Origin: Bacilli bacterium
GTDB taxonomy: Bacteria; Bacillota_I; Bacilli_A; RF39; UBA660
DNA length: 64,000 nt
Direction of reading: 5' to 3'
Assembly: GCA_900771805.1 (NCBI GenBank)
Contig: CAAGPL010000067.1
Span: 4,003-68,002, forward strand
Shown: positions 20,915-27,929 of the stretch, in pieces
Layout of the letters: each line of letters opens with the position of its first letter
Numbering within the stretch: position 1 is the first letter of the stretch
The notes under the pieces: generated by a model
Told to the model about the DNA's origin: nothing
Databases searched by the model: none
The model's input: only the letters and a program-made list of their open reading frames with translations
Made by a program: the position numbers and the translations under genes

Positions 20915-20942
20915 ATAATATCATTAACCCCCCCCCGGTCAA
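20915..20942 (-). promoter_or_regulatory. Sigma-A type promoter TTGACC-16-TATTAT whose spacer contains a G9 tract
   Basis: On the minus strand it reads TTGACC(20942-20937) GGGGGGGGGTTAATGA TATTAT(20920-15). The homopolymer occupies 20928-20936. Confidence 0.6.
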
Positions 20943-21119
20943 TATTTTGATATCCTGTGGAAAATAAATGTGTAAACTTTTGTCAATTGTAGTGGTAAAC
21001 TTAAAGTAGACACAAAAAGAGGGTATGTATTATAATATCAAACTTATAAAAAGAGTTTTACTATAACTTTTGCATTAATAAAATTCTATTAAAAAAGCAG
21101 GGAATTAATTTTCCTTGCT

Positions 21120-23654
21120 TTAATCAAAATTATCTAAAAAATCATCTATAGTCATAAATCTATCATCTATTTCCTTTAGTGATAATTCTTTTTTTTCTTT
21201 TGCATCTTCTTTAGTAACTGATTTTGTTACTTCTTTTTTATCTGTTACATCATCTTTTGTAAGATTAACTATTTCATATACGTTATCTATTTTTTTCTTT
21301 GTTATTGTAGATCCTGCAGAATATCTATCCATTATTGGTATTTCTGTTAATTTTATTTGTTTTGTATCATTATCACTTACTAACATAATCATCTTTTTAG
21401 CATCACTAACATATACCTTTATTACTTCTTGAGGGTTACTCTTTACTTCTCTTAATAATAGTAATCCTCTTTTAGCACGCGTAGTCTTTTCAAATTCTGA
21501 TAATTTAATACGTTTTGCAAGTCCTTTATGAGTAATTACTGTTACGTATTCAAAAGTACCATCAAAGATGCATGCTGAAGATACATAATCATCTTTTAAG
21601 TTAATTGCTTTAACGCCCGCTGTTTTAAGACCAATTACTGGAATTTCAGATCTATCATACCAAAGTCCATAACCTTTTTTAGTTGCAATAAATATTTCAT
21701 TATAAGGTTCCATTAAAACATCTACTACTTCATCATTATCTTTTAGCTTAATAAACATAATTGGTTTAGAATAACGTTGTACAACAAAGTCTTTTAAAAG
21801 AGACTTTTTAGTCATACCATTAGAAGTAAATGTAATTATTTCTCTATCATCAAATTTACTAATATCAAGAGCTTTTATTATTTTTTCATCTTCTTTTATA
21901 GGAACTAAATTACTTACGTGTTTTCCTAAATCCTTCCATTTTAACTCTGGAAGAGTATGAACTGGAATATATAAATAATTACCTTTATTAGTAAATAATA
22001 GTAAAGTATCTAACGTATTTTGTTCAAATAAGCCTATTACGTAGTCACCATCTTTTAATGCTGTTTCTTCATCATTTAAAGCAGAATAAGATTTTTTAGA
22101 TACACGTTTTACATATCCTTCACTTGTTACTACAACAATAACATCTTCCTTTGAAATCATATCTGTCATATCTATTTTTATTTCTGTTATCTCATCTTTA
22201 ATTTCTGTTTTGCGAGGATAAGCAAACTCTTTTTTTACTTTCTTTAGTTCATCTTTAACTACCTTTTTAAGTTCATCTTCATTAGATAGGATAAGTTCAT
22301 ATTCTTTTATAGCATCTTCTAACGCTCTCATTTCATTTTGAACATCAGTTATATCAGTATTTGTTAGTCTATATAATTGTAACATTACGATAGCAGTTGC
22401 TTGCTTTTCAGTAAATGAAAATTCTTTAACTAAATTAATAATTGCATCTGCTTTATTTTTAGATGCCCTAATTACTCTTATAACATCATCTAAAATACTA
22501 ATTGCTTTAATAAGTCCTTCTAAAATATGATATCTATCTTTAGCATGGTCTAAATCAAATTTAGTTCTTCTTCTTATAACTTCTTTTCTATGATCTATAA
22601 AGTAATCTAATATTTGGAGTACTCCAAGCATTCTTGGACGTCTTTTTGCAATTGCAATCATATTAAAGCTGTAAGATATTTGCATGTCCGTATTTTTAAG
22701 CAAGTAATTAACGATTAAATCAGTATTAGCGTCCTTTTTTAATTCTACTACAATTCTAAGTTCGCCCCTTGATGTTTCATCTCTTACATCTAATATGCCT
22801 TCTATTTTTTTATCAATTCTAATATCGTTCATTTTCTTAACTAAACTTGCCTTATTAACTTCATAAGGTATTTCTGTTATAACGATACTAGTCTTACCTT
22901 TTTCTTTTACTAATTCATACTTACATCTAACGATTATCTTACCCTTACCTGTTTCGTATGCTTCTTTAATTTGTTTTGCGCCTTCAATTACACCACCGGT
23001 TGGAAAATCAGGTCCTTTCATAACTTCTAAAATAGAATCTAATCTGCAGTTTGGAGAGTCTATTCTTTTTATGCAAGCATCTATTACTTCACCTAGGTTA
23101 TGAGGCGGAATATTAGTTGCGTAACCTGCTGAAATACCCGTTGATCCATTTACTAAAAGATTTGGAAAACCTGCCGGAAGTACAACTGGTTCCATTAAAG
23201 TATCATCATAGTTTGGAGCCATTTCTACAGTATCTTTATTTATGTCATTTAAAAGTACGTTACTTATTTTTGATAATCTAGCCTCTGTATAACGCATAGC
23301 AGCTGCTCCATCACCATCCATAGAGCCATTATTACCATGCATATCTATATAAGGAGTTGCCATCTTCCAATCTTGACTCATTCTTACCATTGCATCATAT
23401 ATAGAAGAATCTCCATGTGGATGGTAATTACCCATTATCTCTCCTACTGCCTTAGCACTTTTACGATATTTTTTATCATAGGTATTACCTGATTTATACA
23501 TGCCGTATAATATTCTTCTTTGAACTGGTTTTAACCCATCTCTTACATCAGGTAAGGCACGGTCTAATATAATTGTCTTACAATATCTACCAAAACGTTC
23601 CCCCATTATTTCTTCAAGGGAATATTCTTCAATTCTTTTTAATAATTCACTCAT
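21120..23654 (-). CDS. parC: DNA topoisomerase IV subunit A
   Basis: EEIMGERFGRYCKTIILDRALPDVRDGLKPVQRRILYGM matches the ParC-type N-terminus. The active-site region is AAAMRYTEARL. The start was set at MSELLKR behind AGGGGG. Confidence 0.9.
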   Translation of the reverse strand: MSELLKRIEEYSLEEIMGERFGRYCKTIILDRALPDVRDGLKPVQRRILYGMYKSGNTYDKKYRKSAKAVGEIMGNYHPHGDSSIYDAMVRMSQDWKMATPYIDMHGNNGSMDGDGAAAMRYTEARLSKISNVLLNDINKDTVEMAPNYDDTLMEPVVLPAGFPNLLVNGSTGISAGYATNIPPHNLGEVIDACIKRIDSPNCRLDSILEVMKGPDFPTGGVIEGAKQIKEAYETGKGKIIVRCKYELVKEKGKTSIVITEIPYEVNKASLVKKMNDIRIDKKIEGILDVRDETSRGELRIVVELKKDANTDLIVNYLLKNTDMQISYSFNMIAIAKRRPRMLGVLQILDYFIDHRKEVIRRRTKFDLDHAKDRYHILEGLIKAISILDDVIRVIRASKNKADAIINLVKEFSFTEKQATAIVMLQLYRLTNTDITDVQNEMRALEDAIKEYELILSNEDELKKVVKDELKKVKKEFAYPRKTEIKDEITEIKIDMTDMISKEDVIVVVTSEGYVKRVSKKSYSALNDEETALKDGDYVIGLFEQNTLDTLLLFTNKGNYLYIPVHTLPELKWKDLGKHVSNLVPIKEDEKIIKALDISKFDDREIITFTSNGMTKKSLLKDFVVQRYSKPIMFIKLKDNDEVVDVLMEPYNEIFIATKKGYGLWYDRSEIPVIGLKTAGVKAINLKDDYVSSACIFDGTFEYVTVITHKGLAKRIKLSEFEKTTRAKRGLLLLREVKSNPQEVIKVYVSDAKKMIMLVSDNDTKQIKLTEIPIMDRYSAGSTITKKKIDNVYEIVNLTKDDVTDKKEVTKSVTKEDAKEKKELSLKEIDDRFMTIDDFLDNFD

Positions 23655-23658
23655 ATTT

Positions 23659-25575
23659 TTACCCCCTTGCCTTAATTTCATAGTTATCTTCTAAAGTAAA
23701 ATCTACGTTTTCTTCAATCCATTCTTTTCTAGGTTCTACTTTATCACCCATAAGAATTGATACTCTTTTTTCTGCTAAAGCAACATCAGTTATCTTAACC
23801 TTAATTAAACTTCTTTTTAAAGGATCCATAGTAGTTTCCCAAAGCTGATTAGCATCCATTTCACCTAAACCTTTATATCTTTGTAAATCTTCTGGTTTAC
23901 GATTTTTAGTAAGTTCTTTTAATTCTTCATCAGAATATACATAAACTTCTTCTTTTTTACTAAAAGATACTTTATAAAGAGGTGGATTTGCGATATAAAC
24001 TTTACCTGCCTCAACTAAAGGCTTCATATAACGATAGAAAAAAGTTACAAGTAAAACCTGTATGTGACATCCATCATCATCAGCATCAGTCATTATTATT
24101 ATCTTATCATAATTACAATCTTCAATATGAAAACTAGATCCAACACCTGCTCCTATAGTGTAGATTAAAGTATTTATCTCAGCGTTTTTATAAGCTTCTT
24201 CCATAGTACATCTTTCAGTATTTAAAACTTTACCACGAAGTGGAAGAATTGCTTGATAACTTCTTTCTCTTCCTGTTTTTGCACTACCACCTGCTGAATC
24301 ACCTTCGACTATAAATAATTCATTCTTTTTTGGATTCTTTTTAGTTGCAGGAGCTAATTTATCAGATAAATTCTTTTCTTTAGAATTCTTAGTTTTACCT
24401 TTTCTTGCTTCTTCTCTTGCTTTTCTTGCAGCTTCTCTTGCAGCCTTTCCTTTTAACGCTTTATTGATTATATCAGTTGCAACAGCTTTATTTTCTTCTA
24501 AGAAGTACTGCATCTTTTCATAGACTACTTGCTCTACTACTGTTTTAGCAAGCGGAGTTCCAAGTTTTCCTTTTGTTTGTCCTTCAAACTGTAATAAGTC
24601 CTCAGGTATTTTAAGTGATAAAACAACAGTTAGTCCTTCTCTTACGTCAGTTCCTTCAAAGTTTTTATCCTTAGCTTTTAAGTATCCATTATTTTTTGCA
24701 TAATCATTAAATACTTTTGTAAGAGCACTTTTAAGACCTACTTCGTGACTTCCCCCATCACTTGTTTTAACGTTATTAACAAATGATACAACGTTTTCAC
24801 TATATGAATCGGTATATTGAAGAGCACATTCTACTTCTATCTTATTTTTAACAGCATCAAAACCAACTACGTTATGAAGTACTTTTTTACCTTCATTTAA
24901 ATAAGAAACAAACTCTTCTAATCCTCTTTCATAATGAAAGTGAGCTTCTTTTTCATCTTCTTCATCTATAACATCTATCATAAGTCCTTTTATTAAAAAA
25001 GCTGACTCTTGCATTCTTTCACATATTGTAGTAAACGAAAAAGTTGTTGTACTAAATATAGAATCATCCGGCATAAATCTAACTGTTGTACCTGTTTTAT
25101 TTGTTGTTCCTACCTTTTTTAAATCAGTGTCTAAATGTCCTCCATTTTTAAATGAAATCTCATACTTACCACCATCACGGCATATACTAACTTTCATCCA
25201 TTTAGAAAGTGCGTTAACAACTGATGCACCAACACCATGAAGACCTCCAGATACTTTATACCCACCTTCTTGGAATTTACCACCGGCATGAAGTACTGTA
25301 TATATAACTTCTGGAGTTGATGCTCCTGATTCATGCTTACCTACCGGAACACCACGTCCTTCATCAGAAACTGAAACAGAGCCATCCTTATGAATTATAA
25401 CAGTTAAATGATTACCATATCCATTAATTGCTTCATCAATACCATTATCAACTATTTCCCATACTAGATGGTGTAAACCTCTCTTGTCAGTAGAACCTAT
25501 ATACATACCTGGTCTTTTTCTTACTGCCTCAAGACCTTCTAATATTTTAATTGATGATTCATCATATTTTGCCAT
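23659..25575 (-). CDS. parE: DNA topoisomerase IV subunit B
   Basis: It carries ILEGLEAVRKRPGMYIGST, the GHKL ATPase motifs, the Toprim EGDSAGG and the PLRGKVLN motif. The start was set at MAKYDESS behind AGGAGA. Confidence 0.9.
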   Translation of the reverse strand: MAKYDESSIKILEGLEAVRKRPGMYIGSTDKRGLHHLVWEIVDNGIDEAINGYGNHLTVIIHKDGSVSVSDEGRGVPVGKHESGASTPEVIYTVLHAGGKFQEGGYKVSGGLHGVGASVVNALSKWMKVSICRDGGKYEISFKNGGHLDTDLKKVGTTNKTGTTVRFMPDDSIFSTTTFSFTTICERMQESAFLIKGLMIDVIDEEDEKEAHFHYERGLEEFVSYLNEGKKVLHNVVGFDAVKNKIEVECALQYTDSYSENVVSFVNNVKTSDGGSHEVGLKSALTKVFNDYAKNNGYLKAKDKNFEGTDVREGLTVVLSLKIPEDLLQFEGQTKGKLGTPLAKTVVEQVVYEKMQYFLEENKAVATDIINKALKGKAAREAARKAREEARKGKTKNSKEKNLSDKLAPATKKNPKKNELFIVEGDSAGGSAKTGRERSYQAILPLRGKVLNTERCTMEEAYKNAEINTLIYTIGAGVGSSFHIEDCNYDKIIIMTDADDDGCHIQVLLVTFFYRYMKPLVEAGKVYIANPPLYKVSFSKKEEVYVYSDEELKELTKNRKPEDLQRYKGLGEMDANQLWETTMDPLKRSLIKVKITDVALAEKRVSILMGDKVEPRKEWIEENVDFTLEDNYEIKARG

Positions 25576-25727
25576 AAAAAACCATCTCCTTATCTTCTTT
25601 AACCTATAAAGCATTATAACATAAGAATTTAAAAAAGTGCAAAATTCTTTACACTTTTTGACATGAACATAATATTTGCTTATTATTTTTTGAATTTATA
25701 TGTAAAAATTAAAAAGCACTGAACCTT

Positions 25728-25949
25728 TTATTGTACTCTGTTCATTGCTTTCATCATTTGATTTACTTGTTTTTGACTTGGTGTTCTTCCCATTTGTTGC
25801 ATCATAACTTTTATCATTTTTTCATTTATTGGCGGATTTTTCTTTAAATATTTTTTCATAACTGTACGAGATATAAAAAATCCTGCAACTAATCCTACAA
25901 CAAGACCAATTAAACACCATAAAATATTTGCTAACATATATATAATCAT
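25728..25949 (-). CDS. yneF: UPF0154 (YneF) family small membrane protein
   Basis: It has a single N-terminal TM helix followed by FISRTVMKKYLKKNPPINEKMIKVMMQQMGRTPSQKQVNQMMKAMN, which is typical of YneF. Confidence 0.7.
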   Translation of the reverse strand: MIIYMLANILWCLIGLVVGLVAGFFISRTVMKKYLKKNPPINEKMIKVMMQQMGRTPSQKQVNQMMKAMNRVQ

Positions 25950-25984
25950 CCTTTCACAATAATATTTTACTAAAAATATTAAAT

Positions 25985-26407
25985 TTATACAAGACTTTTT
26001 AATATGACTTTATTAAGCCAAAAATAATCTTTATTAACAAAATCACACACAAATATATTTTTTTCATTTTTTAAAACATTAAAAAACTCAGTTATATTTT
26101 TATTTGTTCTTATTTTAATATAAGTATTATAAACAGTAAGTTTTGTTTTTTCAATTCCATTATCCAAAATATGCTTATTAAGTGATTTAAAATAATTAGG
26201 ATCATATGCATAATTTCTATATAAATCACTATTTATCTTAGTTTTACTAAAAGCAGTAGCCATTTGACTAAATAACCTATATGATATTATAAAATCGTTT
26301 TGACTCGACTTTGATATTTGTTCTAGCATTTTATATAAATAATAAGTTTTATTATAATATAGTTTAGAAAAAGAATCATTAATTTTAAATAAGTAATATA
26401 CTCTCAT
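25985..26407 (-). CDS. SirA (YneE)-like protein, possible inhibitor of replication initiation
   Basis: Size is 140 aa. The N-terminal MRVYYLFKI... and C-terminal IFVCDFVNKDYFWLNKV resemble my recollection of B. subtilis SirA. Synteny with yneF and lexA also fits. Confidence 0.4.
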   Translation of the reverse strand: MRVYYLFKINDSFSKLYYNKTYYLYKMLEQISKSSQNDFIISYRLFSQMATAFSKTKINSDLYRNYAYDPNYFKSLNKHILDNGIEKTKLTVYNTYIKIRTNKNITEFFNVLKNEKNIFVCDFVNKDYFWLNKVILKSLV

Positions 26408-26484
26408 ATTAAGACACCTCTTTTATAGAATAATACTTATTAGATAAAAAAGATGTCGTATTATATACATAAATTTTATTTTTA

Positions 26485-26628
26485 TCAAAGATTAATTACT
26501 ACATTTTTTTCTTTATATACTTCGTTTTTTTCTGTTGGTCTTTCATATCCAATTACCCAAATAACATTTATAACTGTTAATACCAAATATATCATTACAA
26601 CTTTCTTATAACCTTTTAATATTTTCAT
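26485..26628 (-). CDS. 47-aa single-pass membrane peptide divergent from lexA (candidate SOS-induced division inhibitor, YneA/SosA analogue)
   Basis: Hand-translated as MKILKGYKKVVMIYLVLTVINVIWVIGYERPTEKNEVYKEKNVVINL. The RBS is AAGGAGTGA. The promoter TTGACA-17-TAATAT (26685-26657) carries a LexA box in its spacer. Confidence 0.5.
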   Translation of the reverse strand: MKILKGYKKVVMIYLVLTVINVIWVIGYERPTEKNEVYKEKNVVINL

Positions 26629-26665
26629 ATTAGTCACTCCTTTTATTTATAATTTAATATTATCA

Positions 26666-26679
26666 CGAACAAATGTATG
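26666..26679. promoter_or_regulatory. LexA (Cheo) box 1: CGAACAAATGTATG
   Basis: It matches the Firmicutes consensus CGAAC-N4-GTTCG at 8/10 arm positions. It lies between the -35 and -10 of the minus-strand peptide promoter. Confidence 0.6.
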
Positions 26680-26694
26680 TGTCAATAGTAAATA

Positions 26695-26708
26695 AGAACA
26701 AATGTTTG
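26695..26708. promoter_or_regulatory. LexA (Cheo) box 2: AGAACAAATGTTTG
   Basis: It matches the consensus at 8/10 arm positions. It overlaps the -35 of the lexA promoter TTGACA-17-TATTAT (26706-26734). Confidence 0.6.
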
Positions 26709-26759
26709 ACAATGTAAAGTAATTATGATATTATAAAAATGTAATAAAAAGGAGATATT

Positions 26760-27371
26760 ATGGAAAAATTAACAAATAGACAAAAAGATGTTTTGGATTA
26801 TGTTAAAAGTTATATAGCAAATCATGGTTACCCACCTGCTGTAAGAGAAATTGGCTTTGCTTTAGGACTTAACTCTCCAGCAACAATTCAATCACACTTA
26901 ACTGCACTAGAGTCAAAAGGTTATATAAAAAAGACAAATTCAAAATACCGTTCACTTGAAATAGTTGGAAATAATGAATATTTAAATGAAGATGTAATAA
27001 ATGTTCCATTACTTGGAAAAATAACTGCTGGAACTCCAATAGAAGCTATTGAAACGCCAAATGAATATTTTAGCTTACCAGCTTACTTAATTCCAAATAA
27101 AGAGGAAGTTTTTACTTTAAAAGTAAGCGGTGAAAGTATGATTAACGCAGGTATATTTGATGGTGACATAGTAATAGTACAAAAACAAAATGTTGCACGA
27201 AATGGTGAAATAGTTGTTGCAATGACAATGGAAAATGAAGTTACTTTAAAAAGATTTTACAAAGAAGCTAATTATATAAGATTACAACCAGAAAATGATA
27301 CAATGGAACCAATTATACTTCCTAACTGTACTATCTTAGGAAAAGCAATCGGTCTTTATAGAAAGTTTTAA
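26760..27371 (+). CDS. lexA: LexA repressor
   Basis: It has an N-terminal wHTH (LTNRQKDVLDYVKSYIANHGYPPAVREIG), the Ala-Gly cleavage site (KITAGTP), Ser in GESM and Lys in VTLKRF. Confidence 0.95.
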   Translation: MEKLTNRQKDVLDYVKSYIANHGYPPAVREIGFALGLNSPATIQSHLTALESKGYIKKTNSKYRSLEIVGNNEYLNEDVINVPLLGKITAGTPIEAIETPNEYFSLPAYLIPNKEEVFTLKVSGESMINAGIFDGDIVIVQKQNVARNGEIVVAMTMENEVTLKRFYKEANYIRLQPENDTMEPIILPNCTILGKAIGLYRKF

Positions 27372-27409
27372 GAAGGAGTGATAAAACCATGGAATGTGTT
27401 TAAATAAAT

Positions 27410-27452
27410 AAAAAAAGGAGAAACAACACTAATTTCTCTTTTTTGTTTCTCC
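27410..27452 (-). terminator. Intrinsic terminator (minus strand) at the end of the T4SS/rhodanese transcription unit
   Basis: The stem GGAGAAACAA...TTGTTTCTCC (27417-27452) is followed by a T7 run on the minus strand. Confidence 0.5.
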
Positions 27453-27503
27453 AAATCTATATAAAAACGCTTTTGCATGCTAGAGCGTTCTACAATAATA
27501 TAT

Positions 27504-27533
27504 GGTTAACAAGTTAATTTGTTAACCTTTTTT
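27504..27533 (+). terminator. Intrinsic terminator (plus strand), probably for lexA
   Basis: The hairpin GGTTAACAA-gttaat-TTGTTAACC is followed by TTTTTT. Confidence 0.55.
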
Positions 27534-27606
27534 AATATATTATTTTTAATAATATATCTAAATTAACATTTTTAATATGTTCATAAAGTTAAAAAAATAT
27601 ACATTT

Positions 27607-27885
27607 TTATTTTTTTAAACCTTCTATTCCACCTTTTATACTATAACAATTATATCCAAGTGCATTTAATACTCTTGCACAAGATAAACTTACCTTTCCT
27701 AAGTCACAAATCAAATAATATTTTTCATTCTTATTTATATATAATTCTGGATTCGACATAAGCTTAATTCTAGGTATGTTTATACTAAAAGGAATACTAT
27801 TATTAGCAAAATCTAAAGGACTTCTTACATCAATTATTTTTGATTTATCATAAACCTTTTCAAAATCAATTTCCAAAGTAATCAC
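27607..27885 (-). CDS. Single-domain rhodanese-like protein
   Basis: The 92-aa protein has IIDVRSP..F and a candidate active-site loop (ICDLGKVS) followed by LNALGY...IKGG. Confidence 0.65.
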   Translation of the reverse strand: MITLEIDFEKVYDKSKIIDVRSPLDFANNSIPFSINIPRIKLMSNPELYINKNEKYYLICDLGKVSLSCARVLNALGYNCYSIKGGIEGLKK

Positions 27886-27929
27886 CTCTTTTTAATATAT
27901 GAAAAAAAGCACTTTGTGTTAAGTGCTTT

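Noticed and set aside
21007-21036. The promoter-like TAGACA-18-TATAAT on the plus strand, reading toward the parC terminator hairpin (a possible roughly 70-nt sRNA)
   Set aside because: The hairpin at about 21098-21122 has its T run on the minus strand and so serves parC. Promoter-like hexamers are frequent by chance in DNA of this composition, and no other support exists.
23655-25614. Track N-terminal extensions: parE MLYRLKKIRRWFF-, parC MKLRQGGKN-, trmB MIEGDF-, surface protein MWKKRRKKR-, DUF1016 MYLFLTIF..., the 218-aa ORF at 45077, hydrolase MDGVF-, LtaS MEVNI-
   Set aside because: In each case a downstream ATG has a properly spaced Shine-Dalgarno sequence and restores the family-typical N-terminus. 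The longer versions either lack an RBS or run through terminators or promoters.
27383-27395. The 13-nt identity AAAACCATGGAAT at 27383-27395 and 45070-45082, considered as possible att/direct repeats
   Set aside because: A single 13-mer match is expected by chance in 64 kb. The two copies do not bracket a coherent element: the T4SS cluster ends at 41.3 kb, and housekeeping uppS lies in between.
27607-27885. The rhodanese gene as a functional T4SS component
   Set aside because: The only support is co-orientation and a 45-nt gap. No known link exists, so I left it as a neighbour.
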